Below are positions 9,740 to 20,643 of a stretch of 58,974 bases of DNA, piece after piece. Within the stretch, counting starts at the first letter, position 1. Every line of letters begins with the position of its first letter. The stretch comes from Promethearchaeota archaeon (GTDB lineage: Archaea > Asgardarchaeota > Lokiarchaeia > Sigyniarchaeales > SOKP01). A model generated the notes under the pieces. That model saw only the letters and a list, made by a program, of their open reading frames with translations, was not told where the DNA came from and made no database searches. The stretch spans positions 1 to 58,974 of the forward strand of contig JBHLME010000009.1 of NCBI GenBank assembly GCA_048938445.1, given 5' to 3'. A program made the translations under genes and the position numbers.

Positions 9740-11926
9740 ATGGCTAAATCTAATAGTAATAAAGGTTATATCTCTCTCAAAGCCATTGCTTTAGATACGG
9801 GGGGTACTATGACTGATTCATTTATTATCAATGAGAATGGTTCTTTTGCTGTTGGTAAAGCATTGACTACGGGGAAAGAAGAATCTATAGGTATTTTAAA
9901 TTCTATTGAGGACTCACTAGGGGAATGGAAAACAAATTTAAAAAAAGTAGGGCAGGGCGTAGAGGCTTTGGTTTATTCAGGTACAGCTATGTTAAATAGA
10001 CTTTTAGAAAGAGAAGGAAATGATAATATAGGAGTTATTGTAAACGCTGGTTTTGAAGATTTACATCGATTAGGACGAGCTTTACAATGCTGGATGTGGC
10101 TTGATTATGCAGGGAGACTTCATGCTAGAGAACATGAACATCCCATACCGCTCATCCCTAGAAGACGATTTAAAGGTGTACGTGGTAGAATAAATTTTTG
10201 GGGTGAAGAATTAATACCCCTCTATGAAATGGATGTAGAAATAGCAGTAAAAGAACTACTTGATATGGATGTGGATAGTATATGTGTTTGTTTGTTATGT
10301 TCTTACATGAATGCACAGCATGAAATTATTGTAAAAAAAATTGCAACTGAAATTATGAAAGAAAGAAAGAAGCAAATCCCTATTATCCTTTCATCTGAAC
10401 ATAATCCTGTAAGAGGGGAAACTCCAAGATTGAATGCTCTCCTAATTGAACAATATGCTGCTGAACCTTCAAGAGAACAATTAAAAGGAATTGCTAAAAA
10501 GTTTGAAGAATTAGGAATACCTGCACCTCTAAGAATTTTAACAACTTATGGAGGGACAATGTCTCCTTACTCTAAATCACTTATTCCAACTATGGTTTCA
10601 GGACCAATAGGAGGCATGATCGGGACTAAATTCATAGCTAAAGAATATGGTATAAAAAATTTAGTATCTTCTGATGTTGGAGGAACTAGTTTTGATGTAG
10701 GTTTGACAATGGAAAAGTACGTACCTACAAAATGGGAGAGCTCTCTTGGAGGATTTATACTCAATATTCCTATGATTGCTTTAGATTCTATAGGTGCTGG
10801 TACTGGCATGTATGTGCGTTATAATGATATTTCAGGCAGGTTAGAATTTGGTCCTGAAAGTGCAGGTTATCTTATAGGAGTATGCAATGAGGAATCGGGC
10901 GTTGAAAATGTAACCATGACAGATTGTAGTTTAATTCTTGGATATCTCAATCCAAATTACTTTCTTGGTGGAAAAGTTTCTTTAAATAAAAAAAGAGCGT
11001 TAAAATATATTGAAGACCAACTAGCTATACCTTTTAATGCTGATCCATATGAAACCGCTAGAGGCGCATTGGATTTAATAGAAATTAACATGAAAAACCA
11101 TCTAAATGGTATGATTCAGGGTCTTGGATTCAGACCTGAAAATTATACGTTAATTTCCTTTGGAGGAGGAGGACCGCTTCATGTAGCAGGATATTCCCAA
11201 GGATTAGCATTTCAGGATATAATGATACCAGAATGGGCTGCGGCATTCTCCGCCTATGGATGTGCTTGCGCTGATCATTCATATAGACATGAAATTTCTG
11301 TAGATTTACTTATTGATCCTGCTAAAAATATGAGTGGATTTGTAGCTTCCATGCTAAGCTCAACATGGAGAGATTTGAAAGAAAAAATAATAAATGAATT
11401 TGAAGCAGAAGATAGAGATCCCAGTGAAATGGAATTTAGACCATCATTAAAAATTCAATATTTCGGCATGTTAAAGGATCTTGAAGTAGCATCACCTTCT
11501 ATAGAATTAACGGCAGAATATTCAGAGGAATTGGATCGATTTGATTCCCCTGAACTAAATCAAATTCTTAAAAATTATGATGAACTTTTTGAAAAGATAT
11601 TTCGAAGGGGTACAAAAAGTCCTGAATTAGGGTATCATATCACTAAAGCAATTGGAACAGGAGTTATTCCTGTACCTAAACCTAAGTTACCAGAACATAA
11701 ATTAAGTGGAAAAAATCCAAATGTAGACGCATCTAAAGGGACACGAGAGATTTTTTGGAAGAAAAAATGGCATAATGCATCAATCTGGGAAATGAAACTG
11801 CTTAAATCAGGAAATATTGTAAAAGGACCTGCTATTATTGAAGCTCCAGCTACAACTTTAGTAATCCCTCCTAATTATCTTGTAAAATTAGATAAACATA
11901 GAATTTTTCACATGGAGATGATATAA
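9740..11926 (+). CDS. acxA: acetone carboxylase beta subunit (hydantoinase/oxoprolinase A family)
   Basis: DTGGTMTD, SGTAMLNRLLER, SGPIGG, DVGGTSFD, DSIGAGTG, FGGGGPLH; operon with B and gamma subunits. Confidence 0.85.
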   Translation: MAKSNSNKGYISLKAIALDTGGTMTDSFIINENGSFAVGKALTTGKEESIGILNSIEDSLGEWKTNLKKVGQGVEALVYSGTAMLNRLLEREGNDNIGVIVNAGFEDLHRLGRALQCWMWLDYAGRLHAREHEHPIPLIPRRRFKGVRGRINFWGEELIPLYEMDVEIAVKELLDMDVDSICVCLLCSYMNAQHEIIVKKIATEIMKERKKQIPIILSSEHNPVRGETPRLNALLIEQYAAEPSREQLKGIAKKFEELGIPAPLRILTTYGGTMSPYSKSLIPTMVSGPIGGMIGTKFIAKEYGIKNLVSSDVGGTSFDVGLTMEKYVPTKWESSLGGFILNIPMIALDSIGAGTGMYVRYNDISGRLEFGPESAGYLIGVCNEESGVENVTMTDCSLILGYLNPNYFLGGKVSLNKKRALKYIEDQLAIPFNADPYETARGALDLIEINMKNHLNGMIQGLGFRPENYTLISFGGGGPLHVAGYSQGLAFQDIMIPEWAAAFSAYGCACADHSYRHEISVDLLIDPAKNMSGFVASMLSSTWRDLKEKIINEFEAEDRDPSEMEFRPSLKIQYFGMLKDLEVASPSIELTAEYSEELDRFDSPELNQILKNYDELFEKIFRRGTKSPELGYHITKAIGTGVIPVPKPKLPEHKLSGKNPNVDASKGTREIFWKKKWHNASIWEMKLLKSGNIVKGPAIIEAPATTLVIPPNYLVKLDKHRIFHMEMI

Positions 11927-11929
11927 AAA

Positions 11930-14146
11930 ATGTCAAAAAAACCAATTGGATGGTATGGAAAAACTCTAAAAGAAATGTTAGAAGAAAGTGAGAGGCTTAT
12001 AAAAGAAAAAAAAAAATATTATGGCATTGAAAAACTTAGTCTAAAAGAAGAGGATCCTTTTAGATATGAACGTGCTTATGCTAGTTTGAGAGGAGCTTTA
12101 GTATCTGCGAGAGAAACTGCTTTACATGTTGCGGCCTCACCAATAGTTACCGAAATTGGTGAGCTCTGCTTTGCGCTATATACTCCAGAAGGTGATTCTA
12201 TTGCTGTTTCTACGGGTATTTTAGTTCACGTCCACACGATGAGTGAGGGAATTAAATTTATGATAAGGGAAGAATATGAAGAGGATCCAACTATAAATCA
12301 AGGTGATATATTTTTAAATAACGATCCTCAATGTGGAAATGTTCATACAACTGATGTACAAACCCTTATTCCTATCTTTTGGGAAGATGAATTAATCGGA
12401 TGGGCTGGAGGAGTTACTCACCAGATTGATATTGGAGGGATAACACCAGGACACACATTAGTTTCTTCAATTCAACGATTTGATGATGGAGTTTATTATA
12501 CTTGTAGGAAAATAGGTTCTAACGATAAAATTTGGAGAGATCATATGATTAGCGCTAAAAAATCAGTTAGAAGTCCAATGTATTGGGAATTAGATGAAAA
12601 ATGCAGGTTAGCCGGGGATTTAATGATTAGAGATGCAGTATATGATTTCATAAAAAGAGAAGGAATTGACTATTATAAACAATTCATAAGAGAAGCAATC
12701 GAAGAAGGAAGGAGAATTGTTCAGGAACGAGTAAAAGAGAGACTAATTCCTGGTAGATACAGAGCAGCATCATTCATGGACCTTCCCATGAAAGATCAAG
12801 CTTGGGTACCAATAGCTCGAGTTGATAAATTAAATAATCATCCTATTGAAATAATTGTAAAGGAAGATGGGATATTTTCTCTATCATTTGATGGTGCAAG
12901 CTCAGGAGGAGCTAACGCTTTTAATTGCGATAAGGGCGCAATGGAAGGAGGTCAATGGGTTTTATTGACCCAAATATTAATTTATGGTGATAAGGTAAAC
13001 GATGGTGCTTATTTTGCGGTAGAAAAGGATTATCCTTTAGGAACATGGGCAAATCCCGGAGATCCATACCTTTCTTATCAAGCTCCATGGGGTAATTTGA
13101 TTCCAGCTTATACAACGATGATGAAATGCCTTTCTTATGGATTATTTTCACGTGGATTTAGAGAAGAAGTTGTTCCAGGTTATGGATTTACTGGGGATTC
13201 AATTCAAGGAGGGGGAATCTTTTCAGCTGGTCCGTTGTTAGGTGAACGATGGATGTTATCGACATTTGAAATTTCTGGTCAAGGATTAGGAGCAAGTGCT
13301 GTGAGAGATGGGCTTAATTGGGGGTATGCGATGTGGAATCCAGAAGCAGACTTAGGAGATGTCGAAACTTGGGAACTTTTTCAGGGAGGGATACCTTATT
13401 TATCCAGAAAAGTGAAACCAAATACCCCAGGGCACGGAAAATTTCGGGGCGGTGCGAATTATGGTAGTGTTGCCTATATCGCTAATTCCGAAAAAGTAGA
13501 ATTTTTTGCGGGAAGGGAAGGTCTGGTTTTTCATGGAGCTGGAGGAATGCACGGGGGTTATCCTAATGCAACTAGCTATCGATTAATTGGAACAAATACA
13601 AATCTAGAAGAAATTTTTCAAAATAAACAAGACTACCCAATAGACGATTCCGATCCAAGCAACGGTGAATTTGAAAGATATTTAAAAGGAAACATCAATC
13701 GCATACCAATAGGAACGATATATCCTATTTCGCTTGAAAATTATGACATAATCCATTTTGCAGAGAGCGGAGGGCCGGGTTATGGTGATCCTCTTGAGCG
13801 AAAGGTAGAAAGTATTAAACAAGATCTTGATGAAGGTTTATATACCTCTGATATTGTAAATAATGTCTATGGTGTTGTTGCTAACTATGACGAGAATAAT
13901 GAAGAATGGGTGATTGATGAGAATGCCACCAAAAAACGTCGAGAGGAAATCAGAAATGAAAGAAAGGATAAATCAATGTCTTTTAAGGAATTTTGGGAAT
14001 ATGAAAGGAAAAAAATCACGGAAGGTAAATTATATGAAGCGGTGAGTGTAATGTATTCAGAAAGTCTAAGATTATCTTCTAAATGGGGAAAAGAATTTCG
14101 TGAATTCTGGAAGGTTCCTGAAAATTACGAGATGGAGGAGGAATAA
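11930..14146 (+). CDS. acxB: acetone carboxylase alpha subunit (hydantoinase B family)
   Basis: ASPIVTEIGELCF, STGILVHVHTM, GNVHTTD and VTHQID metal ligands, GHGKFRGG, GGPGYGDPLER. Confidence 0.88.
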   Translation: MSKKPIGWYGKTLKEMLEESERLIKEKKKYYGIEKLSLKEEDPFRYERAYASLRGALVSARETALHVAASPIVTEIGELCFALYTPEGDSIAVSTGILVHVHTMSEGIKFMIREEYEEDPTINQGDIFLNNDPQCGNVHTTDVQTLIPIFWEDELIGWAGGVTHQIDIGGITPGHTLVSSIQRFDDGVYYTCRKIGSNDKIWRDHMISAKKSVRSPMYWELDEKCRLAGDLMIRDAVYDFIKREGIDYYKQFIREAIEEGRRIVQERVKERLIPGRYRAASFMDLPMKDQAWVPIARVDKLNNHPIEIIVKEDGIFSLSFDGASSGGANAFNCDKGAMEGGQWVLLTQILIYGDKVNDGAYFAVEKDYPLGTWANPGDPYLSYQAPWGNLIPAYTTMMKCLSYGLFSRGFREEVVPGYGFTGDSIQGGGIFSAGPLLGERWMLSTFEISGQGLGASAVRDGLNWGYAMWNPEADLGDVETWELFQGGIPYLSRKVKPNTPGHGKFRGGANYGSVAYIANSEKVEFFAGREGLVFHGAGGMHGGYPNATSYRLIGTNTNLEEIFQNKQDYPIDDSDPSNGEFERYLKGNINRIPIGTIYPISLENYDIIHFAESGGPGYGDPLERKVESIKQDLDEGLYTSDIVNNVYGVVANYDENNEEWVIDENATKKRREEIRNERKDKSMSFKEFWEYERKKITEGKLYEAVSVMYSESLRLSSKWGKEFREFWKVPENYEMEEE

Positions 14147-14148
14147 TT

Positions 14149-14643
14149 ATGAATGTAGACAAGAAAACATTGGAAAGAATGATTGCTGGAGATTTAAAAT
14201 GGGATGAACTCAAACCCATCATTAGCGGGAGGAAAGATCAAAATAGATTTGATAAAATTATAGAAATCTTACAAGAAAAAGTTACATGGGATGAAAAAAT
14301 TCTCTTACCTCTTCATGAACATCTTTATATTGTCGCAAAAGAAAAACAAAGAATAGTAAAATGTGATTGTGGATTTGAATTTGGTGATTATAATATCAAC
14401 TGGAAGACAAAATGTAGGATCAGAGTAAGAGATACAATTGAGGCAATAGAAGAACTTTATCCAAAATATATGGGAAGCGATCCAAAATGGGAAGAACTAC
14501 GAGAATATTATTGTCCAGGATGTTTCACACTCTTAGATGTTGAAGCCGTTCCGCCAGGATATCCAACAATATTCAATTTCTTACCTGATATTGACACGTT
14601 CTACAACAAATGGTTAGGGAGAAATCCGCCAGACCAGAAATAA
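14149..14643 (+). CDS. acxC: acetone carboxylase gamma subunit
   Basis: KCDCGFEFG, REYYCPGC, VEAVPPGYP, FLPDIDTFY..WLG. Confidence 0.9.
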   Translation: MNVDKKTLERMIAGDLKWDELKPIISGRKDQNRFDKIIEILQEKVTWDEKILLPLHEHLYIVAKEKQRIVKCDCGFEFGDYNINWKTKCRIRVRDTIEAIEELYPKYMGSDPKWEELREYYCPGCFTLLDVEAVPPGYPTIFNFLPDIDTFYNKWLGRNPPDQK

Positions 14644-14872
14644 TTCTATTTTAAATTCATTTTTCATCTCCTTTTTTATTAATCAAATTTTATCAAAAGA
14701 AATTCAATTGAAATTCTTTCAGATTTATTTCTAATTCATAGAAAATGATATTAATCTTTAATTTAAAGGTTAGTACATAAATAGCAAATGAAATTTAATT
14801 TATATACACGATGTAAGATTAAATTTTAGAGAAGTTTATAACCTTTAATTGAAAAGAAAAAAAGAGAAAAAA

Positions 14873-15424
14873 ATGAAAAGTGAAAATATAAAAAGAAACG
14901 AATTATACGTGTTTGATGAAAATGATTCGGCTTACAAGGTCATCAAGTCCATCTTATTGGATTTTTTCTTGACTGGATTTCAATCCTCCAATTATGTAAT
15001 GAATGGATTGTTCATGCCTGAATCACAAGAAGAAGCCGATTTTGTCCTGCAATGTCTTCAATCTGATTTTGAAGATTATTTTGCAAAAAATTTTGATACT
15101 ATTATCAATGAAATTAACACGAGAGCAAAGCATCTTGCTAGGATGGACTTGAAGAAAAGATACTTTAAAGACATAGAAGACCGTGACAAATTAAAAAAGA
15201 TCAATAAAATGAAAGAGAATGAAAAGGTATTGACAATTTGTCCGAAATGTCAAAAAAAGATTCTTGCTCGAGACTTAGATACATCCCAAATTGAGAGGTT
15301 TCCTTTCTCATATGTTGATGTTCATTCTCATGATGGTCATCCTGAGCATGGATTGTTGGTATATATCGATGCCCACGGGAAATGTCGTGGAAAAGGAAAT
15401 ATTGATTTTATTTCAATCGATTAA
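14873..15424 (+). CDS. hypothetical protein with C-terminal Cys2His2 metal-binding domain
   Basis: ATG at 14873 preferred over TTG at 14849; CPKC...FPFSYVDVH....PEHGLLVYIDAHG.CRG. Confidence 0.6.
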   Translation: MKSENIKRNELYVFDENDSAYKVIKSILLDFFLTGFQSSNYVMNGLFMPESQEEADFVLQCLQSDFEDYFAKNFDTIINEINTRAKHLARMDLKKRYFKDIEDRDKLKKINKMKENEKVLTICPKCQKKILARDLDTSQIERFPFSYVDVHSHDGHPEHGLLVYIDAHGKCRGKGNIDFISID

Positions 15425-15426
15425 GC

Positions 15427-16791
15427 TTAGAGTTGATTTTTACTAAGCAGGGTATCAATGTCATAATTAAATGCAATTGGTTTTTCTCTTTCAACAAATT
15501 CACCTGCAATATTGGTGAGTAATAATTCTTTTATTTCATTTGGGTCATCATGACGTCCTAAAACACACCCGAGTTTCACGTAAGCCGTTTCTGGTATCAA
15601 ATTTCTTCCCGGGATGACTCCAATTTCAAGTAATTCTCTTCCTGTTGAATAAACGTTCATACCAGTAAATCCATGAAGAGTTTGAACTGTCATTAAAACT
15701 ATGATTCCCTCTTGTATTGCCCTCTTTATAGAGGGGTATAATTCCGTGTCAACGTGTCCTAATCCCGTTCCTGCGATCACGATACCCTTATACCCTTTAT
15801 CCACGTAAAAATCGATGATTTCATCCTTCATTCCAGGATAAGAGTAAACCAAGGCTATTTTTTTTTCAAATTGAGTGAGTGCTTCTGTTTTTGATTTCGT
15901 TCTTTTCTTGTAAGAATCAGTAAACATCTTGATCTTTCGATCTTTAATCATTCCGAGGGGAATATCATCAATCGTTCGAAAGGTGTTCCTCACTGAAGAG
16001 TGCATCTTTCGCACGAGAGTTCCGCGATGGATGAGGCCATAATCGTGTGCGGATGAACCCAGCATGGCAACGACCACTTCAGCAATATCAGAGGTTGCAA
16101 TCGTGGCAGCGTTTATTAAATTCATTGCTGCATCGGAAGATGGTCTATCAGAGCTTCTTTGACTGCCCACCAACACGACAGGAATGGAAAGGTTCTTGAG
16201 CATGAATGATAGTGCCGCACTGGTAAATCCCATGGTATCCGTCCCGTGACCAATAACGATGCCATCTTTCCCTGAATTTGCCGCCTTTTCGACTTTCACT
16301 GCCAATTTTTGCCAATATTCTGGTTTCATGTTCTCTGACAAGATTTCAAAAACGATTTCTGTTTCCAAGTTGCAAATCTCTGCCAATTCTGGTACTGAAC
16401 TAAATAATTCTCCCGGTGTAAATGAAGGGATCACGGCACCCGTGGTATAATCGAGTCTAGATGCAACTGTTCCACCCGTTCCGAGTAGAGTTATATTAGG
16501 AAGTTTGTTATTTCTGGGAAATTTTTTTTCGGGTATTTGATAATGAGCTTCTTTTTTCCCTATTTTTTCTATTTTAGTGATTTTTGAGACATTAATACCC
16601 ACATTATAATTATTTTCTAACTTGATGTCGATATAATTGGGAGCTGAATATTCGGTCCGTGGCAATAAAATTCCTTCAAAATTACCATTCTCCGAATTGA
16701 CTTTTATTATATCCCATATTTCTAATTTATTTTTTTCTAACAATTCTTTTGACTTTCCTTTATATCCTTTTAATTTATCTTCCATTATCAT
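15427..16791 (-). CDS. gatD: glutamyl-tRNA(Gln) amidotransferase subunit D
   Basis: TGGTVASRLDYTTG, HGTDTM, GSQRSSDRPSSD, RKMHSS.R. Confidence 0.97.
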   Translation of the reverse strand: MIMEDKLKGYKGKSKELLEKNKLEIWDIIKVNSENGNFEGILLPRTEYSAPNYIDIKLENNYNVGINVSKITKIEKIGKKEAHYQIPEKKFPRNNKLPNITLLGTGGTVASRLDYTTGAVIPSFTPGELFSSVPELAEICNLETEIVFEILSENMKPEYWQKLAVKVEKAANSGKDGIVIGHGTDTMGFTSAALSFMLKNLSIPVVLVGSQRSSDRPSSDAAMNLINAATIATSDIAEVVVAMLGSSAHDYGLIHRGTLVRKMHSSVRNTFRTIDDIPLGMIKDRKIKMFTDSYKKRTKSKTEALTQFEKKIALVYSYPGMKDEIIDFYVDKGYKGIVIAGTGLGHVDTELYPSIKRAIQEGIIVLMTVQTLHGFTGMNVYSTGRELLEIGVIPGRNLIPETAYVKLGCVLGRHDDPNEIKELLLTNIAGEFVEREKPIAFNYDIDTLLSKNQL

Positions 16792-18707
16792 TTCAACTCC
16801 TCAAGTTTTTTTTGTAATAACTTCTTTAACGTTTCAAATACAATCTCACCATTAATTTTTCCTCTAACTTCCACCATTACACTTCCCATTAAGGGCTTAA
16901 TTGCATCCATTCCTTTCTTTTTGATTAATTCTTCATTATCATCAAGAATCGGATTGATTATTTTTTCAAGTTCACCTTCTGAAATGCTTTCAATTTTTAA
17001 TTTTTCTTTTACTTCCTTCATAGAAAATTTAGGTGAGTCAGCTTTTAAAATCATCATGTCTTCTATTGCTTCTTTTCCTATCTCCCCTTTTTTTAGGAGA
17101 GTAAACATGTCAATATAATCTTTCTTTAAAACATTTTCAACTTGCTTTCCATCTCTTCTAAGCGCCGTTGTTGTTTCTAGTAGCGTGGTAATGATCAAAG
17201 TTGGATTATCAGGAATAATTTTAATAAGTTCATTAAACAAATCAAGCATCCCACTAAAGATTAATTCTTTAATTAATCGTTCCTCTACCTTAAATTTCTT
17301 CGAATATTGCTTGATCACATCCCAAGGGTATTGTGGTAGTTTTTTCCGTAATATTTCAATTTCTTCATCAGTATTAAAAATAGCTTGTGAGTCCGTATCG
17401 GGATATAGCCTTGCACCACCATGTAATTCTCTTAAAAATTCAGTTTTACCATCCTCTAAAGCTCTCCTAGTTTCTGGGGGGACACCCTCAAACGCATATC
17501 TAACTCTAGTAAAGATTGTATCAATTGCTTTATCCACTTCATTTTTTGTTCCTAATACTAGGACAAAGCAATCCTTGTCTGTAGAACCTAGTTTATCCTT
17601 AAGAGTTTTTATATCTGCATCAGAGAATTTATATTTTTTCAGGTCTTCATCGGAATGAATTAATCCCTTTAATCCTGAAATTGACTTTACTTTACTACTC
17701 ACTTCTGTACCAAATCTATAATCTTTCATCAGTACTTTTCCAAAAATCCCCTTGAAACCTATAAAATTGATACCATATAACTTCTTACCACCTTTTATTC
17801 CCTTAGTAATAAAAGTAGATTTGGATTTTGCCATTACCTTGGATAAATCAATAGCTTTTTTAGGGAGGTCATCTTCTTTAATTTTTTTCTCTTGTAAGGT
17901 TTCTTTTAATTCAATCAATCCTTGTTGGCGTAAAATTTCTTGATTAATTAACACGGGGATCCAGTCAAGTTTTTGTACTCCTTTGATTTCAATTCTCGTG
18001 CCACCTTCAATGCTCACGTTTACATCCTGCCGAATTGAGCCAAGCACTTTTTTAACCTTGGTGGACCACAGCAATAATCCTAATCGTTCAGCACATTCTC
18101 GACATTCCATTGGATCATTAATATCTGGTTTGGTGGTAATTTCAACCAAGGGGATACCAAGCCGGTCTAACCTATAAAAATTATAATTATCTTCAGTTTT
18201 TATTTTACGAGCAGCATCTTCTTCTAAGCATAATATGTCAATTCCAATTTTTTTGCCACCTTCCAATTGAACATGTCCACCTTTGGCTAAAATCATAGTT
18301 CTTTGAAATCCACATGGTACGCTTCCATCTAAATAATTTTTTCTACACACGTGCATTTCTTCAATAATGTTAGAATTGAGAAGCAAGGCAATTTCAAGGG
18401 CAATCTTTCGTGCCTCATCACTACATAGGAACGGAGGAGTCTCGTCTAACTCATAGGTACAAATTACATCATTATAACATTCATACACGATTCCCATACC
18501 TTTTTGGTATTCAGTCAACATTGCTTCGTCATAAGTGCCCATTTCGCCTAAAACAGGTCTCATTGTTCGTTTTAAAGTGAAATCAGGTATGCGTGTTCCT
18601 TGGAGTTCGTTAGGACACCTGCAAAATAATTTTGTTTTTGAATCGAGCTGTTGGTGAATTTCTAGGCCACATTTAAGACCAATTTTTTTATAATCAAATT
18701 TTTCCAT
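16788..18707 (-). CDS. gatE: glutamyl-tRNA(Gln) amidotransferase subunit E
   Basis: GLEIHQQL, KLFC.CP, LEEDAARK, LDRLGIPLVEITT, IRQDVNVSI, ARLYPDTD. Confidence 0.97.
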   Translation of the reverse strand: MEKFDYKKIGLKCGLEIHQQLDSKTKLFCRCPNELQGTRIPDFTLKRTMRPVLGEMGTYDEAMLTEYQKGMGIVYECYNDVICTYELDETPPFLCSDEARKIALEIALLLNSNIIEEMHVCRKNYLDGSVPCGFQRTMILAKGGHVQLEGGKKIGIDILCLEEDAARKIKTEDNYNFYRLDRLGIPLVEITTKPDINDPMECRECAERLGLLLWSTKVKKVLGSIRQDVNVSIEGGTRIEIKGVQKLDWIPVLINQEILRQQGLIELKETLQEKKIKEDDLPKKAIDLSKVMAKSKSTFITKGIKGGKKLYGINFIGFKGIFGKVLMKDYRFGTEVSSKVKSISGLKGLIHSDEDLKKYKFSDADIKTLKDKLGSTDKDCFVLVLGTKNEVDKAIDTIFTRVRYAFEGVPPETRRALEDGKTEFLRELHGGARLYPDTDSQAIFNTDEEIEILRKKLPQYPWDVIKQYSKKFKVEERLIKELIFSGMLDLFNELIKIIPDNPTLIITTLLETTTALRRDGKQVENVLKKDYIDMFTLLKKGEIGKEAIEDMMILKADSPKFSMKEVKEKLKIESISEGELEKIINPILDDNEELIKKKGMDAIKPLMGSVMVEVRGKINGEIVFETLKKLLQKKLEELK

Positions 18708-18763
18708 GATATTTCATTCCTTTGGATTTATTAAAAAATAGTAAAAAAAAGTGATAAAGATTT

Positions 18764-18916
18764 TTATTCAATTTTAATTTTACCTTTTTGAATTTCGAAA
18801 ACCCACGAGTCCTTGCATTCTTTCGAGCAAAACACATGCGTGGTGATTTTTTGACATATATTTATATGACGAACCCTCGTGCGTGACATCGTTCGTCCAC
18901 ATTTTTCGCAAATCAT
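18764..18916 (-). CDS. small treble-clef (TRASH/eL24/FCS-like) zinc-finger protein
   Basis: MICEKCG...HVFCSKECK; ATG at 18916 gives 50 aa (ORF track starts at 18949). Confidence 0.65.
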   Translation of the reverse strand: MICEKCGRTMSRTRVRHINICQKITTHVFCSKECKDSWVFEIQKGKIKIE

Positions 18917-19014
18917 TTTAGATACTTTCTTCATTGATGTAAAATACAATACTGAATTTGATTTTAAGCTTTTTTTTTTGTTTAAGAAATTTATTACATG
19001 AATAATATTTTTTG

Positions 19015-20643
19015 TTATAAAAGTTTAGACATGTAAGGACCATCGGGAGAATAATCTTGTTCATAAAACCATCCTTTTACACCAATTCCACTTATTACAG
19101 CTAGTTTTTTAGCGTCAAATTCTTCTAATGCTATGTTCTCAGCATTTTCCATTAATAACTTTCCATATCCTCTATGCTGAATTTGAGTGAGATGTTTTGG
19201 TTTGGAATCTTTTGGAACTAACTCACCGACGACCTTTATTTCTCTCACGATCATTGTCTTTCCATCATTAAGTTCAGATCTATGAGCATATTCAGAAGGT
19301 TTTCTCAAGCGAAGATATCCAAGTAAATAATTTTCTTTTTGATTTTCATACGATAAAAAAACTTCCTTTCCTTGAGATGCATCGTAATCCAAGCGAAAAA
19401 ATTTAACATTATCAAAGGAATTGTCATTTAAGGTAGATTCTTCTTTAGAGATTCCATATTCTCTACAACGTATGCAATTACAGCTCAAGTTTTTTTCAGT
19501 GAGTTTTTTTTGAACAAGTTGTCTTAAATTGCTATGCTTACATCCTGCTTCGATAAGTGTAGCAGGGATATCTCTCATTATTCTTTGAATTCTTACATAT
19601 GGTGGAAGATTAGATTTGATTGTTGAAAGTAAATCTACTAATTCTTCTGTAGTATAAGGTGTATATTGTCCATTTTTCCACCATTCATATAAACCCGTGC
19701 CTTTAATAACAAGACAGGGATAGATTTTTAGCATATCTGGACGATAATCGGGATTTGAATAAAGATTATCAAATGTTTTAATATCTCTTGAAAAACTGCT
19801 CCCCGGTAAATTAGGCATCACGTGTGCATTTACTTTTAAACCCGCATCTTTTGCAATCCGTATAGCTTCAATACTATCTATAGTCCTATGCCCTCTTTTC
19901 ACTAACTCGTATATCTCATCATAGATCGTTTGAATACCAATCTCAACGCGAGTTGTACCATAACGAAGCATCATATCCACTTCTCGTTCTTTACAATAAT
20001 CTGGCCTGGTTTCCACGGTAATTCCTATAACCCGTCTTTTAGATCTTTCTGCAATTTCTTTGGCATCCTTCAAGTTTTTAACTTTTTTATCTATTATCCC
20101 TTCTAATGCTCCTTTTACAAATTCTTCTTGATAATCAGGACTAGTCGAAAGAAACGTACCTCCCATTATTATCAATTCAATCTTGTCTACTTCATGTCCA
20201 ATCGCTTCTAGATCTCGTATTCTACTTTGGACTTGCTTGAAAGGATCATAATTATTATGAATTGAACGCATTGCAGCTGGTTCTTTACCGGTGTAGGATT
20301 GTGCAACGTGTTCACCGGGTTGGGAATCTTCTCCTGGACAGAAAATGCAAGTTCCTGGACAAGGCAAAGGTTTTGTCATAATGGCAATAATTGATACGCC
20401 CGATAAAGTTCTTGTCTTTCTTCTTTTAAGAATTTTCGTAATGATTTCCTTTTCTTCTTTCGTGGCCAATTCTAGGATTGTTGCATTCTTTATAACACCA
20501 TTATAAGAAAATTTCTTGGCGAATTTAGCCTTTATATTTGTTATTTTAGATTTACTAATTTCTGGATGGTCAAGAAGATAATTAATTGTTGCTCTGGAAA
20601 TTTTTTCTATCTTTTCTCCATCTTGTTCTTCTGAGCGCGTCAT
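19015..20643 (-). CDS. elp3: Elp3 tRNA U34 carboxymethyl synthase (radical SAM + KAT)
   Basis: RTLSGV, PCPGTCIFCPG, QSYTGKEPAAMR, ETRPD, KIYPCLV, QHRGYGKLLM. Confidence 0.96.
   Translation of the reverse strand: MTRSEEQDGEKIEKISRATINYLLDHPEISKSKITNIKAKFAKKFSYNGVIKNATILELATKEEKEIITKILKRRKTRTLSGVSIIAIMTKPLPCPGTCIFCPGEDSQPGEHVAQSYTGKEPAAMRSIHNNYDPFKQVQSRIRDLEAIGHEVDKIELIIMGGTFLSTSPDYQEEFVKGALEGIIDKKVKNLKDAKEIAERSKRRVIGITVETRPDYCKEREVDMMLRYGTTRVEIGIQTIYDEIYELVKRGHRTIDSIEAIRIAKDAGLKVNAHVMPNLPGSSFSRDIKTFDNLYSNPDYRPDMLKIYPCLVIKGTGLYEWWKNGQYTPYTTEELVDLLSTIKSNLPPYVRIQRIMRDIPATLIEAGCKHSNLRQLVQKKLTEKNLSCNCIRCREYGISKEESTLNDNSFDNVKFFRLDYDASQGKEVFLSYENQKENYLLGYLRLRKPSEYAHRSELNDGKTMIVREIKVVGELVPKDSKPKHLTQIQHRGYGKLLMENAENIALEEFDAKKLAVISGIGVKGWFYEQDYSPDGPYMSKLL

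Noticed and set aside
17185-18177. Several + strand ORFs inside gatE (and similar short antisense ORFs elsewhere)
   Set aside because: Antisense shadows of well-conserved genes
18764-18916. Ribosomal protein eL24
   Set aside because: Shares the CxxC...FCSxxC treble clef but lacks the PG.G and W-T eL24 signatures
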